Shown piece by piece: positions 8,319-16,585 of a DNA stretch of 64,000 nucleotides; positions within the stretch are counted from its first letter, which is position 1; each line of letters opens with the position of its first letter. The stretch is from Nitrospinota bacterium. GTDB taxonomy: Bacteria > Nitrospinota > Nitrospinia > Nitrospinales > VA-1. The translations under genes were made by a program, and so were the position numbers. The notes under the pieces were generated by a model. The model ran no database searches, had not been told where the DNA came from, and saw nothing but the letters and a program-made list of their open reading frames with translations. Location: NCBI GenBank assembly GCA_038108555.1, contig JAYNIA010000002.1:45000-108999 (forward strand), written 5' to 3'.

Positions 8319-10625
8319 CTAGAGATCGAATTCCAAACCTGCCATCATGGCAAAAGGCAGTCCCGGACGCGGACCATGGGGCTGCCTGGACACGATGTAT
8401 TCCTGCGAAGTGATATTTTTAAAGTTCGAGAACATTCGAACTTTATCACTCCACTGGTAACCCAGAGTGGCATCCATCACCAATCTTGAGTCGATTTTAC
8501 CAAACCGCACATCGGCTGTTCCCGTAACAGGATTAGCTTCGGTGCCTATGTTTGAGGCGTCCGCATATGCATCGGTCACAAAATTGGCGTCAATGTTAGC
8601 CGACCATTTTTTATAGATCGCGCCGACTCCAAAACTGAGAGACAGTTCAGGAATATAGGGAACCACGTTTCCTATATTTGCACCGGCAAAAATAGATTCA
8701 GCATCTCTGGATTTGGCAGTTTCAAGAAAAGTAGCCTCGGTTAGGGTAGCCGAAACATAGGTGGGCATTTGGAAAGCCCAGCCTCTATGCAGACCGGGAT
8801 CATAGTTCGCCTGCAGCTCTACACCCAGGCTTTGTATTTTTCCTCCGTTTACGGAAGTGCCGTTTCCGACCCCTCCCACCGAATCAGCAACTACCAGATC
8901 ATCAAGAATTGTATGGAAGACAATGACCTCTGATGAGAACGCCCTTAGGGCATCCTTGTATCGGGCCCCAATTTCGGAACCCACACTGGTTTCTTCGGTT
9001 ATTCCACTTCGGATGTTATTCCTTGGACTGGCGGGAGAAAACCCTCGATGGATCCCGGCAAAGAGGTCAAAGTCACGCCCACCGGAATCGAATACATCGT
9101 ACTTCAAGCTACCACCGCCTACTACTACTGCGTAATCACGTGTCCCTTCCTCGATGCCCGATCCACAACTTGTATTATCATCGCAGTAGGCTTGGTTCAG
9201 GTGTTCAACGCGAAGCCCGGGAGTGAAAGTAAACTTGCCGAATTTAATTTGGTCCTGTGCGTGAACGGCAGTTGCATAAGTTGTTTGCAAACGATTGCCC
9301 GCACTGCCTCTTGCCCCAGTTGTAACGGCCGTAATATCCCCATCTGCGTCCTGGGTGTAGGTTTCGTCCCATTGTTTCCTTCGAATTTGATCGTAATGCC
9401 AGCGCACACCAATTTCAAATTCGTGTTCAGTACTTCCCATTTGGGCTGCATGCTTCAAAGCCATTTGAGCCCCGTAACTGTAATAGGTCCGGTTGTTATT
9501 TCGCAATCGAAACTGTCCTGCCGCTCTACCTGCAAGAATTTCGTATTGGGCACCCCCCACTCCTTGGGCCAAAGCTTGACTCAGAGCTGTATTACCAGCG
9601 CCGACATCATTTAATTTTTGCCAGTTTCGGTTGAAGGTGTTTCCGTATATTGTGGTAACCAGACTGGTTTTGGGGTTAAACTCGAGAAAATGGCGTGCAT
9701 GGGTTCGAAACTGAGTGGTTTCAATTTCATCGAATCGGGATGCCGCTAAACGACCATATGGGCTTGCTCTAAAAGTTGCGGTATCAAGACCAAGATAAGT
9801 TTCATTGGCATCAAGATTGGTATGGCCAAACTTGACCTCCCATTTCTGGTATAGGGCAGATTTAGGCTCATAAGAAAGCTTTATCATAGGTTCGTGTTTG
9901 GTGAATCCCGTATTGGCCTCGGCCTCATTACGAATGCTCGGGATACCTTCCGGTGATAGCTCTTTAAAACCGTTATTATTCCTTGTGTACAATTCAATCA
10001 CGTAACCAAACTTTCCGCCTCCTTCAAGTTGTTTTGTTCCACCAAAATAGGAATGGTTACGGATTTCGTTAAAACTTCCGAAGGAAGCTTTAAAATACAT
10101 TTTTTCAGCCGTTGGAATTTGCGTAGAAATATAATTGATCGCACCGCCTGTTGTATGAGGCCCAAACTTGATTTGACTGGAACCTTTGAGAACTTCAATT
10201 CCAGACATCCTGCCTGTCGTTGGGGAATAGTACGCGGAAGGAGCGGAATAAGGAGCAGGTGCCTGCAATATTCCATCTTCCATGACCGTTACCTTTGAAG
10301 CACGCGCAGAGTCAACGCCACGGAGAGATATGTTTGGAAACAAACCAAAGCCGTCCTCTTCACGCAGGTTCACCCCAGGAACTCTTCTTAGTACACGGTT
10401 AATATCATCTACACCGTGTTGACGGATATCCTGAACGTCAAGAAAATGAGCAGACCCTGCGATATCTTTAATATTGAATTTGGAACCAATGATCGAAACT
10501 TCCTGCATCAAAATCTCAGTAGTTTCAGTCAACTCAATGGGCTTGTCATCCGCCGCAATTACTGGAGATGCTAAAACCAGCAAGAGCAACGCTACGATTC
10601 CCACTCTGAAAAAATTTAACTTCAT
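8319..10625 (-). CDS. TonB-dependent outer-membrane receptor (siderophore/metal type)
   Basis: 768 aa with signal peptide. Plug-domain motifs (VSIIGSK...DIRQHGVDDINRVLRRVPGVNLREEDGFGLFPNISLRGV), then a long beta-barrel. Strong SD (GGAGGAGGAGGA) before ATG at 10625. Two Fur-box-like sites upstream. Confidence 0.9.
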   Translation of the reverse strand: MKLNFFRVGIVALLLLVLASPVIAADDKPIELTETTEILMQEVSIIGSKFNIKDIAGSAHFLDVQDIRQHGVDDINRVLRRVPGVNLREEDGFGLFPNISLRGVDSARASKVTVMEDGILQAPAPYSAPSAYYSPTTGRMSGIEVLKGSSQIKFGPHTTGGAINYISTQIPTAEKMYFKASFGSFNEIRNHSYFGGTKQLEGGGKFGYVIELYTRNNNGFKELSPEGIPSIRNEAEANTGFTKHEPMIKLSYEPKSALYQKWEVKFGHTNLDANETYLGLDTATFRASPYGRLAASRFDEIETTQFRTHARHFLEFNPKTSLVTTIYGNTFNRNWQKLNDVGAGNTALSQALAQGVGGAQYEILAGRAAGQFRLRNNNRTYYSYGAQMALKHAAQMGSTEHEFEIGVRWHYDQIRRKQWDETYTQDADGDITAVTTGARGSAGNRLQTTYATAVHAQDQIKFGKFTFTPGLRVEHLNQAYCDDNTSCGSGIEEGTRDYAVVVGGGSLKYDVFDSGGRDFDLFAGIHRGFSPASPRNNIRSGITEETSVGSEIGARYKDALRAFSSEVIVFHTILDDLVVADSVGGVGNGTSVNGGKIQSLGVELQANYDPGLHRGWAFQMPTYVSATLTEATFLETAKSRDAESIFAGANIGNVVPYIPELSLSFGVGAIYKKWSANIDANFVTDAYADASNIGTEANPVTGTADVRFGKIDSRLVMDATLGYQWSDKVRMFSNFKNITSQEYIVSRQPHGPRPGLPFAMMAGLEFDL

Positions 10626-10697
10626 TCCTCCTCCTCCTTGTTTATTTGAAGCAAGTCAAACTATTTAAAATTTCTAAATTCGCTGAGGGATATAATT

Positions 10698-10714
10698 TTG
10701 AAAATCGTTCTCAA
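10698..10714 (-). promoter_or_regulatory. Fur-box-like operator, proximal copy upstream of the TonB-dependent receptor
   Basis: TTGAAAATCGTTCTCAA, a near-palindrome. TTGACA (10762-10757, minus strand), 17 nt, then TAAGTT lies upstream, which places this box just downstream of the predicted transcription start. Confidence 0.6.
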
Positions 10715-10938
10715 TTTAATAAAAAACCCTTGCAACTTAAAGCAATCTTTCCCTTCTGTCAACCTTTGATTACAAATTAGGCAATATTTTTTGAAAATAA
10801 AACCTTATAAACTTCGAAATAACTGCCCTTTTCATTAATCAATTCCAATCCACCATCAATAATCCGATGAGAATTTGGCTTTGATCAATCACCTCTCATC
10901 AATTCCAAATATCTAGTTTACCAACCCTTATTTCGATT

Positions 10939-10955
10939 TTGAAAATCGTTCTCAA
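10939..10955 (-). promoter_or_regulatory. Fur-box-like operator, distal copy upstream of the TonB-dependent receptor
   Basis: Identical 17-mer TTGAAAATCGTTCTCAA within an identical 23-mer ATTTTGAAAATCGTTCTCAATTT. TTGACA at 10984-10979 (minus strand), 18 nt, then TAAAAT immediately abuts the box. Confidence 0.65.
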
Positions 10956-11003
10956 TTTTAAATAAAAAAGACCTCCCCTGTCAACAGTAAAATCCGATAA
11001 TCC

Positions 11004-11735
11004 CTATTTTTTCTGGGTCATATCGACTTTGCCGTCGAAATTCCGGTCCAATTCAGTTTTTTCGAGTTTTCCCGAGGAGTTGAAATACTCCCAACGATCC
11101 GCTTTACCATCGCCATTGGTATCGTAATCGGCTTTTTTCAGTGTCTGGTCATCGTAGTAGAATTGCCACTGGTCAGGCTTTCCATCGTTGTTAGTATCGA
11201 AGGCGGTACGGTCGAGAATCGAATCACCGCGGAAGTGACTCCACCGATCTATTTTGCCATTTTTGTTTGAATCAACTTCCAGGCGTTCCAGTTGATTTGA
11301 GGAGTTATAAAACTGCTTGGTGTCGGCTTTTCCATCATTATTTTCATCGATTTCGATATGAGTCAATTTTTGATTTGCATCAAAAAATTCTTTCCAGTCA
11401 TATTTACCATCAAACTTGCTTGATTTTTCCACCCGGGAAATTTTTCCACCATTATCATAATATTGAATGTGATCCATTTTCCCATCTTTGTTGCGGTCGA
11501 ATTCCACATGGTCCAGGTTTTTTTCGTCCCTATAATTTTCTACCTGGTCGACCTTGCCATCGAAGTCCCCATCAAATTCAATCTTTAAAACCTTGCCCTG
11601 GTCATTCACGTATTGCCATTGGTCGATTTTACCGTCGAAATTGGAATCGACTTCATTCACAACCTCGGCCATACCCGTAGAAGCGAGGACAAGACAAGCC
11701 AATGTTGCTGCTGTTAAAATGCATTTTACTTTCAT
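11004..11735 (-). CDS. Secreted repeat protein with nine tandem DxNxDGKxD (EF-hand-loop-like, putative Ca-binding) motifs
   Basis: ATG at 11735 preceded by GGGGG. Signal peptide MKVKCILTAATLACLVLASTGMA. Repeats of about 24 aa: DSNFDGKIDQWQY, DGDFDGKVDQVENY, DRNKDGKMDHIQYY, DENNDGKADTKQFY, DTNNDGKPDQWQFY, DTNGDGKADRWEYF and others. Confidence 0.7.
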   Translation of the reverse strand: MKVKCILTAATLACLVLASTGMAEVVNEVDSNFDGKIDQWQYVNDQGKVLKIEFDGDFDGKVDQVENYRDEKNLDHVEFDRNKDGKMDHIQYYDNGGKISRVEKSSKFDGKYDWKEFFDANQKLTHIEIDENNDGKADTKQFYNSSNQLERLEVDSNKNGKIDRWSHFRGDSILDRTAFDTNNDGKPDQWQFYYDDQTLKKADYDTNGDGKADRWEYFNSSGKLEKTELDRNFDGKVDMTQKK

Positions 11736-11802
11736 GGAACCCCCATACCTTTTAAAAATTTGCGCCTTCCCTATATTTAAAGAATGATTCATTAATCTGT
11801 AC

Positions 11803-12843
11803 TCAGTTCAACTCAAACCTGAAGGGTAGAATAACTTTTAATGATTCCCTCATTATACTGTCCGGAATGTTTGAAAAAGGCGCCGCTCTTTTTATAGCTG
11901 CCATGGCCTCCCGGTTCAGGTTCGGATAGGGAGTTTTCGTGAGAAGTTTTATATCATCCACCTCCCCGTTTTTTAATATGGTGAACTGGACCTTAAGTTT
12001 GCCCTGCCTTCCAGCCCTGCGTGATGCCTCGGGATAACGTTTTGCCCCTTCAATAATCCGTTGCACCTGCCCGATGTAACCCTTTAAGGCACCTTTATCA
12101 AAAATGTTTGGAACTTCGCGAGGAGTGGGAACAGAAGTAAACGATGCCAATTTGACTCCCGTACTCACTGGAGACACACGGTTTGTTGATGTTTTCGATG
12201 ACACCGCCCCGCCTGAAGGACGAATCACCCGGTCCGGCAATTTCCCTAATTTTGTTTCCGGTGCCCCTTGGACCATGGCCACCCGGGTTGCACCCTTTTT
12301 GTTTGTTGCTGAACTCCCCGGCCTTTTAATCAGGCTTGGGATTTTCCTCATTGGAGCATGCCGTGTTCCCCTTACCATGGCAACTCGAGTACTTCCTTTG
12401 GTCGACACCTTCGTAGTGGAAGAGGAAAAAGACCTTGCCACCGGAGTGCTGACCCGTCGACTGACGGTTGGGGTCGAACTGCGGATGATGGCAGACCTTG
12501 TCGTCGTCGTTTTCTGCATTGGCCTTGGAGTGACTTGGGGCGTTGTTACCACCTGCCGAACTTTTTGAGTTTGACGAACAGCAGATCGAAGAACCGGAAC
12601 TACTGCTTTAGGTTGCGGAACCGGCATAGGCAGGCTCGCCACTTTAATTTCCGGACGTTCGATTATTTTTTCTTTTTTTACCGGGGGCGGAGTTTTTCTT
12701 TTTACAAACTCCAGCTTATAGGTCTTCTTGGTCTGGATATTTTTATTGATGTTCAGCAAAAAACTACCTGCCCCGAGGGTAAACAACATATGTACCCCCA
12801 AAGAACCAACTATCGAATAGGTTGTGGTATTTTTGCCAAACAT
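11803..12843 (-). CDS. tonB: Energy transducer TonB (atypical linker)
   Basis: N-terminal anchor YSIVGSLGVHMLFTLGAGSFLL, short Pro-rich stretch, C-terminal TonB domain (YIGQVQRIIEGAKRYPEASRRAGRQGKLKVQFTILKNGEVDDIKLL...REAMAAIKRAAPF). ATG at 12843 avoids overlapping exbD; TTG at 12885 is the alternative. Confidence 0.8.
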   Translation of the reverse strand: MFGKNTTTYSIVGSLGVHMLFTLGAGSFLLNINKNIQTKKTYKLEFVKRKTPPPVKKEKIIERPEIKVASLPMPVPQPKAVVPVLRSAVRQTQKVRQVVTTPQVTPRPMQKTTTTRSAIIRSSTPTVSRRVSTPVARSFSSSTTKVSTKGSTRVAMVRGTRHAPMRKIPSLIKRPGSSATNKKGATRVAMVQGAPETKLGKLPDRVIRPSGGAVSSKTSTNRVSPVSTGVKLASFTSVPTPREVPNIFDKGALKGYIGQVQRIIEGAKRYPEASRRAGRQGKLKVQFTILKNGEVDDIKLLTKTPYPNLNREAMAAIKRAAPFSNIPDSIMRESLKVILPFRFELN

Positions 12844-12853
12844 TTTAAATCCG

Positions 12854-13276
12854 TTATTTGCCCGAGTCTGGACCCGCTTTTTCAATTCCGGTGGCCAACA
12901 TAAAGTCTTCGGCTCCGGCCTGTTTGGCCATCTCGATCACTTTACCGAAATGTTCAAACTCTAAAACCTTATCTGCGTGAATCGAAATCACTGTATTTTT
13001 TTTATCCCCAATTTTCTTTTCCAGTTGACCCGGCAAGGTTTCAAGCGTGACGGCTTTTCCATCAAGAAACATCGCCTTTTCTTTATCTATAGTCATGGTC
13101 AGGAATTGCTTGCTGTTTTTCTCGGCAGTCTTGGCCGATGGAAGTTCAATTTTCTTATTTTGTTTTGCGGTGGTGGAGGTCAGCATGAAAAAAATCAGCA
13201 AAAGAAACACGACATTGATCATGGGAATCAAGTCGAGTTTGAAAGCGGACTTTTGTTTGTAGGGAAACTTGAGCAT
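12854..13276 (-). CDS. exbD: Biopolymer transport protein ExbD/TolR
   Basis: 140 aa. LDLIPMINVVFLLLIFFMLTS is a single TM helix with the ExbD signature. Its start overlaps the upstream stop by 1 nt (TAATG). Confidence 0.9.
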   Translation of the reverse strand: MLKFPYKQKSAFKLDLIPMINVVFLLLIFFMLTSTTAKQNKKIELPSAKTAEKNSKQFLTMTIDKEKAMFLDGKAVTLETLPGQLEKKIGDKKNTVISIHADKVLEFEHFGKVIEMAKQAGAEDFMLATGIEKAGPDSGK

Positions 13277-13662
13277 TATTTTATGATTGAAAAATTTTCC
13301 GCACCGGCCTCACGTGAAATATCCAGAACCTTTGCAAACATACCGTACTTGACCTTGGGCGCTGAATCGATCACAACCAGTTTATCCGCCCGGTTTGAAA
13401 GTTGTTCTCCCAGCTCACTTTTCAGGGAATCGATACTGATGCGTTTGTCGTTTAAACTAAGATTGCTGTTTCTATCGATTTTAACAATGATATCTTTTTC
13501 AACCTTTTCGGTTTCTTCACCTTCAGGAAGGCTGAGCGATAAACCCTGTCCCTGGATGGCAAAGGTGAGCATGAAAAAAATCAACAAAAGAAACACCACA
13601 TCAATCAGTGGTGCCATATCAATTTCGAATCGTTTTTTTTGCGGGGGAAACAAATCCAGCAT
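13276..13662 (-). CDS. exbD: Biopolymer transport protein ExbD/TolR (second paralogue)
   Basis: 128 aa. IDMAPLIDVVFLLLIFFMLTFA; same family, in tandem with the first copy. Confidence 0.9.
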   Translation of the reverse strand: MLDLFPPQKKRFEIDMAPLIDVVFLLLIFFMLTFAIQGQGLSLSLPEGEETEKVEKDIIVKIDRNSNLSLNDKRISIDSLKSELGEQLSNRADKLVVIDSAPKVKYGMFAKVLDISREAGAENFSIIK

Positions 13663-13668
13663 AACCGG

Positions 13669-14370
13669 TTAGATCCCCTGGCTGGTTAATTCGGGTTGTG
13701 CGCCTGTGGTGGCGTGAGGGTTATGCCCGTTGGTGGATTCATCCTTATCTTCATATAAATGGTGAACCAGGTATTGTCCGTATTTACCTAGCAAAAAGGA
13801 AATGGACTCTACTTTTCTTTCAAAATAATTGAGCATGATAACCACGGGAATTGCAAGGGCGAGGCCGGCTGCCGTTGTCAACAAAGCTTCCCAGATGCCA
13901 CCTGCCAAAAGGCTGGGGTCCACCTGCCCCTTGTATTGGGCCACTTTGTTGAAAGCCTTGACCATTCCAATAACGGTTCCCAATAAACCCATGAGAGGAG
14001 AAATGGTAGCAACCACTTCCAGAACACGCAGGTTTTTTCTAAGACCGGAAATTTCTTCCTGTCCGTGAACCGTTAATTTTTCTTCCAGTTTCCAGCGGGG
14101 TTCTTTTCGGGCCTTTACTCCCACTTCCATCATCCGTGAAACAGGTCCGTCCTGCGCTTGCTTAAGGTCTCCGGGGCCAATGTGTTTGTCCTTTCGAACC
14201 ATCTCCTTGATTGCAGCAAATATGTCTTCCGGTTCTTCTTTACATTTCTTAAAGAAAATCAACCTTTCAATAATAATGGCCACGGCAATGACAGAGGCCA
14301 GGAATATGGGGTACATCATGATTCCCCCTTTTCCCATTAATTCAATACCGGACGCGAACGTATCAATCAT
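13669..14370 (-). CDS. exbB: MotA/TolQ/ExbB proton-channel protein
   Basis: 233 aa with three TM segments. Conserved LGLLGTVIGMVKAF and GGIWEALLTTAAGLALAIP motifs. First gene of the exbB-exbD-exbD-tonB string. Confidence 0.9.
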   Translation of the reverse strand: MIDTFASGIELMGKGGIMMYPIFLASVIAVAIIIERLIFFKKCKEEPEDIFAAIKEMVRKDKHIGPGDLKQAQDGPVSRMMEVGVKARKEPRWKLEEKLTVHGQEEISGLRKNLRVLEVVATISPLMGLLGTVIGMVKAFNKVAQYKGQVDPSLLAGGIWEALLTTAAGLALAIPVVIMLNYFERKVESISFLLGKYGQYLVHHLYEDKDESTNGHNPHATTGAQPELTSQGI

Positions 14371-14482
14371 TTTTTACTCTTTTCAAAAGGTTAATTTTTT
14401 GATTTCCAAGCGATAATCCCCACCTCATTTAAACCAAATGCCAAGGGCAAAGAATACATGAAGCGGGCAACCACCCATATTA

Positions 14483-14499
14483 TTGATAACGATTTTCAA
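14483..14499 (-). promoter_or_regulatory. Fur-box-like operator at the exbB promoter
   Basis: TTGATAACGATTTTCAA. On the minus strand, TTGACA (14530-14525) is followed by 17 nt and TTATAT, which directly abuts the box. Confidence 0.7.
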
Positions 14500-14680
14500 T
14501 AATATAAGGGAATTAGCGACTTTATGTCAATGTTTTATATTAATCAGGAGGGCTTACCGAATGCCTTTTCAGGAGGGTTCCAGAGAATAACTAGTTGATT
14601 TATTGTGCTCTCCGCTTTTATTCTTTTAAATGTCCATTAAAGGCAATTAAAATCAACCCTTTTTGAAACAGAGGTAAGTT

Positions 14681-14697
14681 TTGAAAAACGATATTCA
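14681..14697. promoter_or_regulatory. Weaker Fur-box-like site in an otherwise unannotated 533-bp gap
   Basis: TTGAAAAACGATATTCA resembles the other boxes, but I could find no convincing -35/-10 pair beside it. Confidence 0.3.
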
Positions 14698-14903
14698 TTA
14701 ATAGCCAAGTGGAGCCTCGAAAGTATCTTGTCCAGCGGATAACACGCAGTAGGAAAATAAACTTTATGGTAAGAAGTTTTTGGGCAAGGGAGGATTAATC
14801 TTTTTGGCGCAAAAGTACAATCAAAGTGGAAATCGAAAACAGGCAAAATATCAGGCCAATAGTTTTTAAAATATATGTCTCCAACAATCCACCATCCAAA
14901 ACT

Positions 14904-15695
14904 TTATTTTCCTACTTCCAAAAATGCCACTGCCTTTTCTCCTGGAACCGGAGGACTCATTCGGAATCCCTGTCCATGGTTGATACCCAATTTCCAAAGA
15001 ACAAACTCCTCCTCTTTGGTTTCAATTCCCTCAACAATTGTCCTCAACTCCATCTCCTTTGCCAAACGAGCCACACTTTTTACTATGGTTTTTGTTTTTG
15101 GGGATTCCAAAGATCGGACAAAACTTTGATCTATTTTCAAGCAATCCAGAGGAAGACGCGACAAATGATGAAGAGAAGAAAACCCTGTTCCGAAATCATC
15201 CAAAGCCAGACGCACCCCTTCCCTTCGCAGGCAATTCAAAAATTCTATGATTTTGGAAAGGTCATTTATAAAAACAGACTCGGTAATTTCCAATTCAAGA
15301 TATCCCGGTTGCAAGCCTGTCATTGATAAAATTTCAAAGACCCGATTAACAAAACCAATATGCTCCAACTGCCGGGCTGAGACATTAACCGATATCGAAA
15401 AATTTTTTCCATTTTTATCCTGCCATTTTTTAGCCTGTCGACAGGCATTCATCAAAACCCAATCCCCTAATGGCTTTATTCCTCCGTTCGCCTCGGCCAC
15501 GGGTATAAATTCAGACGGAGGGATTTGTCCGTAACCTGGCGCATGCCAACGGGCAAGCGCTTCAAACCCGGTAATGCATTTTGAAAAAAGATCCCATTTA
15601 GGCTGGTAAAAAACCAAGAACTCGCCCCTTTCCAAACCCTGGGAAATATTTTCTCCCAATGCTCTTTCCAGGAACGAATGAGTTCGCATTAACAT
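14904..15695 (-). CDS. Stand-alone EAL-domain protein (putative c-di-GMP phosphodiesterase)
   Basis: All the EAL catalytic motifs I know are present: FYQPKW, GFEALARW, SVNVSARQL, ELEITES, LDDFGTGFSSL, KIDQSFV, EGIET, HGQGF. Strong SD AAAGGAGGT precedes the ATG. Confidence 0.9.
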   Translation of the reverse strand: MLMRTHSFLERALGENISQGLERGEFLVFYQPKWDLFSKCITGFEALARWHAPGYGQIPPSEFIPVAEANGGIKPLGDWVLMNACRQAKKWQDKNGKNFSISVNVSARQLEHIGFVNRVFEILSMTGLQPGYLELEITESVFINDLSKIIEFLNCLRREGVRLALDDFGTGFSSLHHLSRLPLDCLKIDQSFVRSLESPKTKTIVKSVARLAKEMELRTIVEGIETKEEEFVLWKLGINHGQGFRMSPPVPGEKAVAFLEVGK

Positions 15696-15743
15696 AATTT
15701 ACCTCCTTTAGATCCATTCAAAAAAACGGCCCAAATTAATTCA

Positions 15744-15779
15744 AGCTCACAACCGGGGCGCAACTCCCGGCCGTGAGCT
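15744..15779 (-). other. GC-rich extended hairpin in the receiver-EAL spacer
   Basis: AGCTCAC-GG-CCGGG ... CCCGG-TT-GTGAGCT on the minus strand: about 14 pairs including two G-U. A second 6-bp hairpin CGGCTG/CAGCCG lies at 15788-15806. Confidence 0.5.
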
Positions 15780-15819
15780 CTTAGATCCGGCTGGGGGTCA
15801 CAGCCGAAAAAATAAATTT

Positions 15820-16209
15820 TTAATCATGCAGCACAAATTCACCTGCCGTCTCCACAAAATAGTCACAGACAACTACAGCAAGATTTAAAGGGTCCACAGG
15901 TTTGGTGATCCATTCATAGATATTTAAGTTTTTCAACTCCATAGGAGCCACTAAATAAGGAAGCGAAGGAAGATAAATTACCTTCTCGCATTGTATGTTT
16001 GAAATTTGCCTTATAAAATCCAAGCCGGATTGCCCGGACAACTTGTCATCAACAATCACCAGATCATGAGCCCGGCACAGTTGATCCGGACAACCCTTTC
16101 CTGAAGAAAATTTTACTTCATGGCCAAACCTGGAAAGCATAATGGCCAGTCGCCCTCTCTCTTCGGGGTTAGTGTGAACAAGAAGAATTTTTTTGGGTGC
16201 AATCGTCAT
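15820..16209 (-). CDS. Single-domain response-regulator receiver protein (acidic pocket partly degenerate)
   Basis: KKILLVHTNPEE (the canonical DD is replaced), DLVIVDDKL (phospho-acceptor Asp retained), ITKPVD (Lys retained). ATG at 16209 with GAGGG upstream; the ORF-track start is TTG at 16221. Confidence 0.7.
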   Translation of the reverse strand: MTIAPKKILLVHTNPEERGRLAIMLSRFGHEVKFSSGKGCPDQLCRAHDLVIVDDKLSGQSGLDFIRQISNIQCEKVIYLPSLPYLVAPMELKNLNIYEWITKPVDPLNLAVVVCDYFVETAGEFVLHD

Positions 16210-16229
16210 ATTCGCCCTCAATGAAAAAA

Positions 16230-16505
16230 TTAAAGACTGTTAAGGCATCGTTTCAATGCTGAAATACTGCTGGAGTGGCAACGATCGACAGGAATATTTC
16301 TTTCCTTAGCCACCCGTACCGCTTCGGTCACCATTGGGTGCGCCACGGTACCGGTAAAAATCAGAATTCGATTGACGCCATCCATCCGTCGAGCCATGTT
16401 GGGGATCCTTTGACTGAAAACCCTTGCATCAAAACCTCTGCTACGACACTCCTTTTCATAAGACCGTTTCAACCGATCCAACCCCCCAATAATGGCAACA
16501 CTCAT
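16230..16505 (-). CDS. DUF2325-like small protein
   Basis: 91 aa. VAIIGGLDRL...ILIFTGTVAHPMVTEAVRVAKERNIPV...SSSISALKRCL matches my recollection of the DUF2325 pattern. SD is GGGAGA. Confidence 0.55.
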   Translation of the reverse strand: MSVAIIGGLDRLKRSYEKECRSRGFDARVFSQRIPNMARRMDGVNRILIFTGTVAHPMVTEAVRVAKERNIPVDRCHSSSISALKRCLNSL

Positions 16506-16536
16506 AATTCATCTCCCGAATATCTATACTTGAAAT

Positions 16537-16551
16537 TGATTATTATTCTCA
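16537..16551 (-). promoter_or_regulatory. Fur-box-like 7-1-7 site upstream of the DUF2325 gene
   Basis: TGATTAT-T-ATTCTCA, 32 nt upstream of ATG at 16505. It overlaps a candidate -10 (TTGCTT, 17 nt, AATAAT on the minus strand). Confidence 0.5.
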
Positions 16552-16585
16552 AAATTTAAATAAGCAAAATTTTTTTAACTACTTG

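Noticed and set aside
8857-10668. Plus-strand ORFs of 64-188 aa inside the TonB-dependent receptor gene
   Set aside because: They are fully embedded antisense to a well-supported 768-aa receptor ORF, with no motifs and no ribosome-binding sites.
14637-15326. ORFs 14637-14846 (minus strand, 69 aa) and 14826-15326 (plus strand, 166 aa)
   Set aside because: No SD and no recognisable features. The 166-aa ORF is antisense to the EAL gene. I treated this as non-coding; see the finding on the 533-bp gap.
15696-15819. c-di-GMP (GEMM-type) riboswitch upstream of the EAL gene
   Set aside because: The spacer is structured, but I could not find the conserved GEMM-I features I remember (GNRA tetraloop/receptor arrangement, GCAAA-type conserved segments). 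Left as an unclassified structured spacer.
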